Origin: Longimicrobiales bacterium
Lineage (GTDB): Bacteria > Gemmatimonadota > Gemmatimonadetes > Longimicrobiales > Gaopeijiaceae
Direction of reading: 5' to 3'
DNA: 64,000 nt
Assembly (NCBI GenBank): GCA_965203485.1
Contig: OZ241892.1
Location: forward strand, 992,001-1,056,000
Shown piece after piece: positions 1-11,540 of this stretch. The translations under genes and the position numbers were made by a program. The stretch's first letter is position 1. The number at the start of each line of letters is the position of its first letter. The notes below the pieces were generated by a model. The model made no database searches. It saw nothing but the letters and a program-made list of their open reading frames with translations, and was not told the DNA's origin.

Positions 1-518
1 AGTCCGCCGCCGTCGTTCGCGCCCACGTGACCAACGGCGTCAAGCTGGCGCGGCGCCACCGGCTGCCCAAGCTCGTGGCGCGATTCGTCGCGGAGCACCA
101 CGGCGACATGCCGATAGGCTCGTTCCTGCAACGGGCGCGCGACAAGGCGGAGGCCGAGAGCGCCGATCCCCCCGATGCGGACGCGTTCCACTACCCCGGG
201 CCTCGTCCGCAGAGCCGGGAGACGGCGATCGTCTTGCTGGCCGACGCGGCCGAATCGGCGGTCCGCGCAATGGAGCGTCCCGACGAAGCGCGCATCGAAC
301 GCCTCGTCGACCGCATCTTCGCCGACCGGCTTGACCAAGGCCAGCTGGACGAATCCGGCCTCACTCTGCGCGACGTCTCCAACCTCAAGGAACGCTTCGT
401 CGCCGCGCTGGCCGGCGCCTACCACCGCCGGGTGGGCTACCCGGCCACCCGCCAGCTCACGGAAGCCTCGGACCCCGAGCCGGCCGACCCCCCGCCGTAC
501 AAGGATGCGCCGGCGTGA
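1..518 (+). CDS. HD/HDIG-domain phosphohydrolase (PgpH/7TM-HD type), C-terminal part, truncated by window start
   Basis: EHHG, FHYPGPRPQSRETAIVLLADAAESAVR, DQGQLDESGLT motifs; sits upstream of ybeY as is usual. Confidence 0.85.
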   Translation, partial: SAAVVRAHVTNGVKLARRHRLPKLVARFVAEHHGDMPIGSFLQRARDKAEAESADPPDADAFHYPGPRPQSRETAIVLLADAAESAVRAMERPDEARIERLVDRIFADRLDQGQLDESGLTLRDVSNLKERFVAALAGAYHRRVGYPATRQLTEASDPEPADPPPYKDAPA

Positions 519-961
519 TCGCCGTCCACGTCAACGTCGGCGACCGCCGGGACGTGCCCAGCGATCTCGTCGAGAGGGCGCTCCGCGAGACGCTTGCCCG
601 CGAGGGCGTCGGCCGCGCCGAGCTGTCGGTCACCTTTCTGAGCGATGGGGCCATGGCGCGAATGCATGCCGAGAGCCTTGGGCGCTCCGGCCCGGCCGAC
701 GTCCTCTCGTTCGCCTTGCACGAGCCCGGGGAGCAGCCGCTGGGCGACATCTACGTGGGCGCCGACCAAGCGGTTCGGCAGGCGGAGGAGGCGGGCGTCG
801 GCGCAAGCGAGGAGATGGCGCGCTTGGCCGTGCACGGCGCTCTGCATGTCCTCGGCTACGACCATCCCGATGGACCGGAGCGGACGGCGAGCGAGATGTT
901 CCGGGTGCAGGAGGAAGTGCTTGCCTGCGTGTCCGTGCCCGGCAGGCAGGGCGCCGCATGA
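515..961 (+). CDS. ybeY: rRNA maturation endoribonuclease YbeY
   Basis: DVLSF, LGDIY, HGALHVLGYDH zinc motif. Confidence 0.95.
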   Translation: MIAVHVNVGDRRDVPSDLVERALRETLAREGVGRAELSVTFLSDGAMARMHAESLGRSGPADVLSFALHEPGEQPLGDIYVGADQAVRQAEEAGVGASEEMARLAVHGALHVLGYDHPDGPERTASEMFRVQEEVLACVSVPGRQGAA

Positions 962-2322
962 CTCCCGATCTCGCCCCGGGACGCCGGGGACCTCCAGCGG
1001 CGGAGGAGCTGCTGGCGCTGGCCGAGACCGGCGACTTCGAACGCTTCGCGGAGCTGGCGGGCGCTCTTCACGCGTCCGACGTCGCCGACCTGGTGGCGTC
1101 GTTGCCCCGCGACGGACGGCTCCGCGTCCTGCAGGCGCTCCCCACGGAGGCGGCGTCGGAGACGCTGGCCGAGATGGAGGAAGACGAGGACCGCGCCGAG
1201 CTGCTGCTGGCCCTCGATTCGGCCAGGAGCGCGGAGCTGGTCCGGGAGCTGGCCGACGACGACGCCGCCGACCTGGTGGGCGAGCTCGAGCCCGAGGACC
1301 GCGCCCGCCTGCTCGCGGCGTTGCCGAGCCGGGAGGCGGACGAGATCCGCGACCTGCTGCGCTTCGGCGAGAACACCGCCGGCGGGCTGATGACCACGGC
1401 GCTGGTCTCCGTCGCCTCCGACTCGACGGCCAGCCACGCCGTCGGCGAACTCCGGCGCAGGGGCCGCAACGTGGACGACCTCTACACCGTCTTCGTCGTG
1501 GACGAAACCGGACGGCTCGAAGGCACGATTCCGCTGGACGCGCTGATCCTGGCCGATCCGGCCGATCCCGTGGCGTCGCTGGCCGAACCCTCGGGCGCGA
1601 CGGTCCGCCCCAGCACGGACCAGGAGGAAGTCGGGCGCTTCATGGCGCGCTACAACTTGGCCGACGTGCCGGTGGTCGACGCGTCCGGCGTGCTCCTGGG
1701 CCGCATCACCTTCGACGACGTCGCGGACGTGATGGAGGCGGAGACGACGGAAGACATCCTGAAGCTGGCCGGCCTGTCCGACGACGAAGAGCTCAAGGCC
1801 GGATGGCGGGACGCCGTCCGCACCCGGTTGCCTTGGCTGCTTCTCAACTTGGCGACGGCCGTCGTGGCGGCTTCGGTGATCCTCCGGTACAAGGACATCG
1901 TCGAGAGCGTCGCGTTCCTCGCGTTCCTGATGCCCGTCGTCGCCGCCCTGGGCGGCAACACCGGCACGCAGGCGCTGGCCGTCACCATCCGGCGCATCGC
2001 CGTGGGGGAAGGCTTGCGCCCGAAGCGGATCGGCGCAGTGGGCAAGGAACTCCTGGTCGGCCTCCTGAACGGCCTGGTCCTGGGACTCTGCTTCGCCCTG
2101 TTCGCCTACGCCGTGGACGGGAACCCGCGCATGGGCGTCGTCGTCCTGCTGGCGATGTGGTGCAACATCGTGGTGGCGGGCTTCGCCGGAGCGCTGATCC
2201 CCACCGTGCTGGACCGTCTGGGCGTGGACCCGGCCGTGGCGTCCTCCGTGTTCGTCCATACCCTGACCGACCTGGTGGGCTTCACGATGGTCCTCGGCCT
2301 CGCCGCGGCGCTCCTGGCATGA
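958..2322 (+). CDS. mgtE: magnesium transporter MgtE
   Basis: N-terminal helical repeats, CBS pair (TAGGLMT), RLPWL, GGNTGTQA, DPAVASS; ATG overlaps the ybeY stop. Confidence 0.95.
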   Translation: MTPDLAPGRRGPPAAEELLALAETGDFERFAELAGALHASDVADLVASLPRDGRLRVLQALPTEAASETLAEMEEDEDRAELLLALDSARSAELVRELADDDAADLVGELEPEDRARLLAALPSREADEIRDLLRFGENTAGGLMTTALVSVASDSTASHAVGELRRRGRNVDDLYTVFVVDETGRLEGTIPLDALILADPADPVASLAEPSGATVRPSTDQEEVGRFMARYNLADVPVVDASGVLLGRITFDDVADVMEAETTEDILKLAGLSDDEELKAGWRDAVRTRLPWLLLNLATAVVAASVILRYKDIVESVAFLAFLMPVVAALGGNTGTQALAVTIRRIAVGEGLRPKRIGAVGKELLVGLLNGLVLGLCFALFAYAVDGNPRMGVVVLLAMWCNIVVAGFAGALIPTVLDRLGVDPAVASSVFVHTLTDLVGFTMVLGLAAALLA

Positions 2323-2332
2323 CGCGCGCGTC

Positions 2333-3427
2333 GTGAATCGCGAAGACCGGATCGACAAGCTTGCGAGGGACTTCCAGGCGGGCAGGCGCCCCGCGCTGGC
2401 GCGCGCCATCTCCATGGTCGAGGCCAGCCGGCCCGACGTGGGCGACCTGCTGGACCGCCTGCTTCCCGCGCGCCGCCGTGCCCGGCGGTTCGGGCTGACC
2501 GGACCCCCCGGAGCCGGCAAGTCCAGCTTGGCCGCGGGCCTTGCGGCCCTGTTGCGGGAGCGCGGCGAGGACGTCGCCATCGTGGCCGTCGATCCGACTT
2601 CGCCGTTCTCGGGCGGCGCGCTGCTGGGAGACCGCATCCGGCTCAACGACCTCGGCGCCGACCCGGGCGTCTTCATCCGCTCGATGGCGACGCGGGGCTC
2701 GCTGGGCGGCTTGGCCGTGGCCACTCGCGACGTGCTCGACCTGCTGGACGCCTTCGGCTTCGCAAACATCCTCGTGGAGACGGTGGGAGTGGGCCAGACC
2801 GAGCTGGAGGTGGCCGGTGCCGTGGATTCGATCGCCGTCGTGCTGGTGCCCGAGTCGGGCGACAGTGTCCAGGCCATGAAAGCCGGCCTCATGGAGATCG
2901 CCGACTTGTTCGTGGTCAACAAGGCCGACCGGCCCGGCGCCGGCCGCTTGGCGCGCGACATAGAGCAGGCGATGCACCTGAAGGCGGGACGCGCCGCCGC
3001 CGCCGTGCCCGCCCATCACGGCGTGGACCTGTCCGCCCGCCCGCAACGTACCGGAGAGCGGGACGCAGTGGACGCCGAGCACGCGAGTTCGGCCGGCGCA
3101 AGCCGTCCCGAGGCTTGGGAGCCGCCCGTCCTGGAGACGTCCGCCGGACGCGGCGAGGGGATTGAGCCGTTGCTGGACGGCTTCCTCGCCCACCGGCGCC
3201 ATCTCGAGGCCGTGGGCGACCTGGAAGACCGGCGCCAAGCCCGCGCCCGCGCTCAGGTGCGCGCCCTCGTCGCGGCCCGGCTGGCCGAACGCGCCGACCG
3301 CTTCCAGGCGTCGTCGAAGGACCTGTCTCGCTGGGTTCCGGAGGTGGCGGCGGGCCGCGCGACGGTGCACGGAGTGGCCGCCGTGCTTGTCGATGCCGTG
3401 TTGAGCCGGGCGGAGCCGGAGTCCTGA
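2333..3427 (+). CDS. meaB: MeaB/ArgK GTPase, acyl-CoA mutase chaperone
   Basis: GPPGAGKS, DPTSPFSGGALLGDRIR, ETVGVGQ, VNKAD. Confidence 0.93.
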   Translation: MNREDRIDKLARDFQAGRRPALARAISMVEASRPDVGDLLDRLLPARRRARRFGLTGPPGAGKSSLAAGLAALLRERGEDVAIVAVDPTSPFSGGALLGDRIRLNDLGADPGVFIRSMATRGSLGGLAVATRDVLDLLDAFGFANILVETVGVGQTELEVAGAVDSIAVVLVPESGDSVQAMKAGLMEIADLFVVNKADRPGAGRLARDIEQAMHLKAGRAAAAVPAHHGVDLSARPQRTGERDAVDAEHASSAGASRPEAWEPPVLETSAGRGEGIEPLLDGFLAHRRHLEAVGDLEDRRQARARAQVRALVAARLAERADRFQASSKDLSRWVPEVAAGRATVHGVAAVLVDAVLSRAEPES

Positions 3428-3694
3428 CCCGCGCTCCGAGCCCCCACGACCGTGACCGCAACCCCACGGCCGGTCCGAGCGTGCTCCGCCTGCGGAATCC
3501 GCCGGGGTGTCCCAACAGAGCGGCCGACTGTCCACCACGCGGGACACCGCCACCGGCGCCAGCGAGAACGCGCGAAGACGAAATCGTTGATGGGAAGGCG
3601 CTTGCGCGTCGTCCGTCCGCTGGCACGGTTCTTGCGCTATCCTGGCTACGCTTGATCGAGTTCACTCACATGTCATGATGAGAAGGGGTGGACG

Positions 3695-4690
3695 GTGAAG
3701 ACGACTCGCATGGTTCTGAGCGCGCTTCTCCTGGCCACCGCCTGTCAAGACGCATCGCGGCCAACGACCCCGGAAATCGACGAGGCCCTGGAGGCGATCG
3801 GCCAGACCGGTTCGCCCCGTCGCGGCGGCTTGATGGTGACCGCGTTCTACTCGGACGCCGAGGCGGCCGTCCATATGCTTCGGCACACGGAGACCTTGCT
3901 TGCCGAGCACGCCTGGATCCAACGCCAAGCTGACTCTCGAGGCATCACGGTCGACTCGGTTCGTCGCAAGCTCAAGAGCTGGCTTGCCAACAACGAGAAG
4001 TACTTGGCGGAGCGAGCGACGGCAGTTGGCATGACTCCGACGGGTTACCGTCAAGCCGTGGAACGGAAGATGAAGCGCATGCAGCTGGCGGAGGGCTACG
4101 ACTTTCTCCTTCCGTCGGAGTCTCCGTCCGAGGAAGGAGCGCCCGCCCAGCGCGTAGTACCGGCTTGCGAGTGGGGACCCAGGTTCTTGAGCGCGCACTC
4201 GACAGCCCTCGTCGTCGTGCGAGGAGACCGGGTGACCAGTGCATTCACGGCTGATCACTACACGGACCGGCCTGCCGACCATGATATCGACTTGACTTGG
4301 AACCACGATCAAGGGCCAGGCCCACGCGGGGGGCGCGCGTCCCCGTCGCGGCGGCAACTCTCCATCTGCCGCAACTACGCGTCGGCGGGGCACGCAGTCA
4401 CGTGGGACAGATGCGACGTGAACAGTCCTGCGACGGCGACAGCGCGCGGCCTTCACGTCACGTCCGATCTCAGATACGGCGGAAATACGTTTACCACCCG
4501 AGCATCGTCGGACTCCGATCGTGCTTCCGTCAGTCGCCGGGGGTGCGGCGGTGGAGGGAGCGGGACCGAGGGTTCGCCACCCTACGTGCGCGATGTCCTC
4601 TGTGATTCCGGGTACCGCACAAGCACGGGCGACTGTTGCGACAGCATGGTAGTAATCGACGGCGCTCCATGGTGCGTGGTAGTTCGCTAG
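3695..4690 (+). CDS. hypothetical lipoprotein with Gly linker and Cys-rich C-terminus
   Basis: MKTTRMVLSALLLATAC lipobox-like signal; GGGGTGG upstream; less GC-biased than neighbours. Confidence 0.6.
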   Translation: MKTTRMVLSALLLATACQDASRPTTPEIDEALEAIGQTGSPRRGGLMVTAFYSDAEAAVHMLRHTETLLAEHAWIQRQADSRGITVDSVRRKLKSWLANNEKYLAERATAVGMTPTGYRQAVERKMKRMQLAEGYDFLLPSESPSEEGAPAQRVVPACEWGPRFLSAHSTALVVVRGDRVTSAFTADHYTDRPADHDIDLTWNHDQGPGPRGGRASPSRRQLSICRNYASAGHAVTWDRCDVNSPATATARGLHVTSDLRYGGNTFTTRASSDSDRASVSRRGCGGGGSGTEGSPPYVRDVLCDSGYRTSTGDCCDSMVVIDGAPWCVVVR

Positions 4691-4731
4691 ACCCGGGCCC
4701 AGACAGCGCTTCCAGGCGCGAGCCGCGCGCC

Positions 4732-5904
4732 ATGTCGCGCCGGGCCGCTTGGACTCTGGCCTTGCTGGTCGCGGCGGCATTTCCGGTTGCGGGGCAAGAG
4801 CATGTCGCGGGACGGCTCGTCGAGGCGTCCACCGGCGATCCGGTGGCCGACGCGATGGTCGCCTTGCTGGACGGCCGAGGACTTGAACGAGACCGCAGGC
4901 TCAGCAGTGCGTCGGGACGGTTCCGACTCTCGCCGGCCGGGCCGCCGCCGTTCACGCTCGTCGTCGAGCCGATCGGCTTTCGCCGCCACGAACTGTCCTT
5001 GGATCTTCCCGGACGCGGCTTGGTCGTGCGTTTGACCGCGGAGGCGATCGAACTGCCGCCAGTGCTGGTCGTGGGCGAGCGGGCTTGCTCGATTTCCTCC
5101 CAGCCGCCCAGCAAGTCTGTTGTCGCCGCCTGGGACTTGGTGCGGGCCACGCTGGCGAGGACTACGCTTGCCGGATCGTCGCAGGGCGTTGGCGCCGAGA
5201 AGACGTACGACGTGACGACCTACGAGGGCGAAATGGATCCGGCCCTGAATTTTCGGCGCTTCGAGGCCGACACGTTGCCCGAACTGGAAGGACCGCCGTT
5301 CGCCTTCGTGGATTCGGCGGCGCTGGCCGAGACCGGCTGGTCCGAAGAACTCGAGGGGCGCCGAGTTCGCTACGTCGCCCCGTCGCCCGGACTCCTGCTG
5401 ACCGCTTGGTTCCAGTCGAACCACTGCTTTGCGCTCGAGGCGGTCACGCCCGACACGCTCCAGCTCCGCTTTCGCTCGGCGTCCGAGTTGCCGGGCGGCG
5501 GGATCGAAGGGGCCTTCGTCGTGAGCCGACTGCCGGCCCGGGTCGCAAGAGTGGAGTTTCGTCATCTCGCGGCAGGACCGCCTGCGCCGGAGCAGGGCGG
5601 AGAAATCGTTTTGGCGCACGCCGCGGACGGGTCCTGGTACGTGCGGGAATGGTGGATGCGGACGCCGGTCTTCAAGTCTCGTCCCACCAGCGTCGCGGGG
5701 CCGCTTGGACGGGCGCTGGGCCGGTGGCGACACGAACTGGTCGGGTACGAGGTTCGCGGCGGCATCGCGACGCGCCGGCCGCCCGGCAAATTGCGTCGGC
5801 TCGTGACGGCCGAGACCGCAGGTTCCACTGTGGCGCCTGGACTTGACGGGAGCGCCTCGCCGCGCCTAGCCTCAGGTCCGAAGAAGGCGTACGGACGGCC
5901 CTAG
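4732..5904 (+). CDS. secreted protein with N-terminal carboxypeptidase-regulatory-like (prealbumin-fold) domain
   Basis: Signal peptide, then GRLVEASTGDPVADAMVALLD...SSASGRFRL...IGFR pattern. Confidence 0.7.
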   Translation: MSRRAAWTLALLVAAAFPVAGQEHVAGRLVEASTGDPVADAMVALLDGRGLERDRRLSSASGRFRLSPAGPPPFTLVVEPIGFRRHELSLDLPGRGLVVRLTAEAIELPPVLVVGERACSISSQPPSKSVVAAWDLVRATLARTTLAGSSQGVGAEKTYDVTTYEGEMDPALNFRRFEADTLPELEGPPFAFVDSAALAETGWSEELEGRRVRYVAPSPGLLLTAWFQSNHCFALEAVTPDTLQLRFRSASELPGGGIEGAFVVSRLPARVARVEFRHLAAGPPAPEQGGEIVLAHAADGSWYVREWWMRTPVFKSRPTSVAGPLGRALGRWRHELVGYEVRGGIATRRPPGKLRRLVTAETAGSTVAPGLDGSASPRLASGPKKAYGRP

Positions 5905-5953
5905 GCGGCCGTTCCAAAGATTGTCGGCGCCCGCAGGTTGCGGAGAACCGTCC

Positions 5954-7732
<1,779 letters not shown>

Positions 7733-8069
7733 GGCTCCGGCCCCCGGAGGGTCCGTGGCCGCCATTGCCGGTGTTTAGGCGCCCGCCGGGAGCCCGTGCT
7801 TCTGGGTCCGCTTGTTCCAATTACAGCTCCGAATCTTGAATAAGGCGGCTCCTTATTCCGTATAGACCAACAAAAACGGAATAAGAAACGAAGGCCGGGC
7901 CCGATCCGCGCCCGGCGTCCGTCGGCCGCCCCGATTGACACCCGGCCAGTCCCCGGCGAAACTTGAAGCCGGCATTTCCAGACGGCGCCCGCCGTCGGCT
8001 CCGCATCCAAGGCGCGGCCCCGGCGGCGGGATGGTCGCCGTCTCTTCCACCGGGGGTGTTTCCGACAAC

Positions 8070-9737
8070 ATGCTCAAGTCGTTTCGCGGGCGCGTGATCG
8101 TCATCCTGGCCGCCCTTGGCGTGGCCGGGTACTCGCTGTGGCAGCGGGGCCTCAAGCAGGGCCTCGACCTTCAGGGCGGCATGCACCTCGTCCTCGAGGT
8201 GGACGACCCCGACGGCGCCATGACGCCCGAGCGGCGCGAGGACGCGATCGACCGGGCCGAGCGCATCCTGCGGACCCGGATCGACCAGTTCGGCGTGGAG
8301 GAGCCGCTCATTCAGAAAGTCGGCAGCGACCGGCTGATCGTGGAACTGGCCGGGATCGACGACGAGTCGCGGGCCAAGGAGATCATCAACCAGCAGGCGT
8401 TCCTGGAATGGAAGCTGGTGTTGCCGACGACCGACGTGCACGACGCGCTGGAGCGCCTGGACCGCGCCGTCGTGGCCGCGATCGGCGAAGAGGGACTGCG
8501 CGAGATGGGGCGCGCCACGGAAGCGTCGGAGCCGGCTGGATCGATCGGCGACCTGCTGTTCGGAACGGCCGACTCCGCGAGCGCCGATTCGGCGGCGGCC
8601 GGCGAAGCCGAGACGCCGGAGGCCGGTCCCGCCCGGTCGGCCGACTCCGTGCAAGCCGAAGCCGCCGAGGACGCGGCCGCCCTCGACTTCCGGCCCTTCA
8701 CCGGACTGCTCAAGCAGGGAGGCGTGGGCAACTACCTGATCGACGCCGACGACGTCGAGACCGCCGCCGAGTTCATGGCGCTCGACGAGTTCCAGCGGGC
8801 GATGCCCCGCGACGTGTCGCTCCAGTGGGGATGGGACGACTCCCTCGGGATCGGCGGCCGCTTCTACCGCGAACTCTACGTCCTGGAGGAAGACGCCTTC
8901 CTGACGGGCGACCAGCTGGAGGACGCCACGGCGAGCCGCGACCCGCAGACCAACTTGGCCCAGGTGATCTTCGAGCTGAACCGCCGCGGCGGGCGCGACT
9001 TCCAGCGTCTCACCAGCGCCCACATCGGCGACCCGATCGCCATCGTGCTGGACGGCGAGGTGGTGAGCGCGCCGGTCGTCCGCGACCGCATCGGCGCCAA
9101 CGGCTCGATCGACCTGGGCACCGCCGACATGGCCGAAGCGGTGGACCTCGCGCTGGTCCTGCGGGCCGGTGCGCTACCGGCGCCGCTCCGCATCATGGAA
9201 GAGCGCACCGTGGGCCCCTCGCTGGGCCAGGACTCGATCGACAAGGGCCGCGTGGCCGGGATCGTCGGCGTGATCGCCGTGCTGGCGATCATGGTGCTGT
9301 ACTACCGCGTCGCGGGCTCGCTGGCGATCGTCGCGCTGGGCGCCTACCTGCTGCTCGTGATGGGCGGCCTCTCGGCGATGGACGCGACGCTGACGTTGCC
9401 GGGGATCGCCGGCCTCATCCTGTCGGTCGGGATGGCGGTGGACGCCAACGTCCTCATCTTCGAGCGAATACGCGAGGAGCTGGAGGCCGGCCGGGCGGTC
9501 AAGGCGGCGGTCGAGGACGGCTTCGGCAACGCCGTGTCGGCCATTGTGGACGCAAACATCACCACTCTCATCACCGGCATGATCCTCTTCCAGTTCGGCA
9601 CGCAGTCCGTGCGCGGCTTCGCCGTCACGCTTTGCATCGGCATCGTCGCCTCGTTCTTCTCGGCGCTGTACGTGACGCGCACGCTGTTTCTGCTCTACTT
9701 GACGAACAAGCGCGCCCAGCAGCGCGTGAGCATCTAG
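8070..9737 (+). CDS. secD: protein translocase subunit SecD
   Basis: GLDLQGG, LRAGALPAP, VGPSLG, GMAVDANVLIFERIREE. Confidence 0.96.
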   Translation: MLKSFRGRVIVILAALGVAGYSLWQRGLKQGLDLQGGMHLVLEVDDPDGAMTPERREDAIDRAERILRTRIDQFGVEEPLIQKVGSDRLIVELAGIDDESRAKEIINQQAFLEWKLVLPTTDVHDALERLDRAVVAAIGEEGLREMGRATEASEPAGSIGDLLFGTADSASADSAAAGEAETPEAGPARSADSVQAEAAEDAAALDFRPFTGLLKQGGVGNYLIDADDVETAAEFMALDEFQRAMPRDVSLQWGWDDSLGIGGRFYRELYVLEEDAFLTGDQLEDATASRDPQTNLAQVIFELNRRGGRDFQRLTSAHIGDPIAIVLDGEVVSAPVVRDRIGANGSIDLGTADMAEAVDLALVLRAGALPAPLRIMEERTVGPSLGQDSIDKGRVAGIVGVIAVLAIMVLYYRVAGSLAIVALGAYLLLVMGGLSAMDATLTLPGIAGLILSVGMAVDANVLIFERIREELEAGRAVKAAVEDGFGNAVSAIVDANITTLITGMILFQFGTQSVRGFAVTLCIGIVASFFSALYVTRTLFLLYLTNKRAQQRVSI

Positions 9738-9750
9738 GAGCGCGCCGTCG

Positions 9751-10728
9751 ATGTGGCTCTTTCACGACGCGAAGTACGAGTTCATCGGCAGGCGCAAGCC
9801 GGCGTTCGCCGCGTCGGCCGCGTTCCTCGTCCTCGGGATCGCCGCGATGGGCTGGAGCTGGTTCTCCACCGGCAAGCTGCTGAACTACGGCGTGGACTTC
9901 ACGGGCGGCACGCTGGTCCAGGTGCGCTTCGACGTGCCCGCGACCGACCAGGACTTGCGCCAGGCCCTGGGCGGCGCGGAAGCGCCTCCGATCACCCGCT
10001 TCGGCGCCGACAACGAGTTCGTGATCCGGGCGCCGGGACAGGAGGAGGCGAGCATCGACGAGACGGCGGCCCGGATTGCGGCCCAGATCGGCCAGACCTA
10101 CGGGGAGGGCGACTTCGAGATCGTGCGCCGCGAGCTGGTCGGCCCCAAGATCGGGGCCGAGCTCCAGCAGAAGGCCATGCTCGCCGTTCTGTTCTCGCTG
10201 GCGCTCACGCTGATCTACATCGCGATCCGCTTCGAAGTGCGCTTCGGCGTGGCGTCGGTCGCCGCCACGGCGCACGACATGCTCGCCGTTCTGGGCTTCC
10301 TGGCCGTCTTCCGCGTCGAGATATCGTTGCCGACGGTGGCGGCGATCCTCACCATCCTGGGCTACTCGCTGAACGACACCATCGTCGTGTTCGACCGCAT
10401 CCGCGAGAACCTCAACAAGAAGGGCGGGCGCCGGCAGGACCCGGAGCGCCTCGTGAACCGCTCCATCAACGAGACGCTGCCCCGCACCGTGCTGACGTCG
10501 GGGACCACTCTGGTCGTGCTGCTTTCGCTGCTGGTGCTGGGCGGCGTGGTCAACCGCGACTTCGCCACCGTGCTCATCCTGGGCGTGCTGATCGGCACCT
10601 ACTCGTCGATCTTCATCGCGTCGCCCGCGTTGCTGGAGATCCAGAAGCGGTACGGGACGGCCGAGGGCGGCGCCGGAAAGCGCGAGCGCACCAGGGAAGG
10701 CAAGGGCCGGGCGGCCGCGGCGGTGTGA
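9751..10728 (+). CDS. secF: protein translocase subunit SecF
   Basis: GVDFTGG, GYSLNDTIVVFDRIRE, GTYSSIFIA. Confidence 0.96.
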   Translation: MWLFHDAKYEFIGRRKPAFAASAAFLVLGIAAMGWSWFSTGKLLNYGVDFTGGTLVQVRFDVPATDQDLRQALGGAEAPPITRFGADNEFVIRAPGQEEASIDETAARIAAQIGQTYGEGDFEIVRRELVGPKIGAELQQKAMLAVLFSLALTLIYIAIRFEVRFGVASVAATAHDMLAVLGFLAVFRVEISLPTVAAILTILGYSLNDTIVVFDRIRENLNKKGGRRQDPERLVNRSINETLPRTVLTSGTTLVVLLSLLVLGGVVNRDFATVLILGVLIGTYSSIFIASPALLEIQKRYGTAEGGAGKRERTREGKGRAAAAV

Positions 10729-11540
10729 GGTTCGCCGACTCCCACTGCCACCTCACCGACGACGCCTTCGCGCCCGACTTGGCCGGCGTGCTGGACCGGG
10801 CGAGGGCCGCCGGCGTGGCGCGCGTCGTGGCCGTCGCGTCGGACGCGGCCGACTCCAGGGCCGCGTTGCGGGCGGCCGATGCGCGCGAGGGGGTGTGGTG
10901 CTCGGCGGGGGTCCATCCGCATGCGGTCTCGGGCGCCGGCGCGGGCGACCTGGCCGCCGTCAGCGACGTGGCCGGCCATGCGGCCTGCGTCGCGATCGGC
11001 GAGACCGGCTTGGACTATCGCCGCGACAACGCGCCTCGCGCGGAACAGCGGCGGAGCTTCGCGGCGCATGCCCGGCTGGCGGCCGAGCTCGGGTTGCCGC
11101 TCGTCGTGCACTCGAGGGGCGCGGAGGCCGACACGGCGGCGCTGATCGAGGAGACCAGCGGCGAGGTGCGGGGCGTGGTGCACTGCTTCACGGGACCGGC
11201 CGAACTCATGGACGTCGCGCTCGCGGCGAACTGGATGGTTTCCTTCACCGGCGTCGTGGGCTTCAAGGGCTTCGACGCCGCGCTGGTCCGCCGCGCGCCG
11301 CGGGACCGCTACATGATCGAAACCGACGCGCCCTTCCTTGCGCCGGCGCCCAAGCGCGGACGCCGAAACGAGCCCGCCTTCGTGTTGCATGTGGCCGAGA
11401 CGGTCGCGCGCCTCCGCGGCGAGCCGCTGGAGCGGGTGGCCCGCGACACCTGGGCCAACGCATCCCGCTTCTTCGGGCTGGAGGAGCAGGCCGGCGAACG
11501 GCGGCAAGCGCCCGGAGCCGCTGCGGCGGGAGCCCCGTGA
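10725..11540 (+). CDS. tatD: TatD family deoxyribonuclease
   Basis: DSHCHL, GVHPH, AIGETGLDY, HCF, ETDAPFLAP; GTG overlaps the secF stop. Confidence 0.92.
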   Translation: MRFADSHCHLTDDAFAPDLAGVLDRARAAGVARVVAVASDAADSRAALRAADAREGVWCSAGVHPHAVSGAGAGDLAAVSDVAGHAACVAIGETGLDYRRDNAPRAEQRRSFAAHARLAAELGLPLVVHSRGAEADTAALIEETSGEVRGVVHCFTGPAELMDVALAANWMVSFTGVVGFKGFDAALVRRAPRDRYMIETDAPFLAPAPKRGRRNEPAFVLHVAETVARLRGEPLERVARDTWANASRFFGLEEQAGERRQAPGAAAAGAP

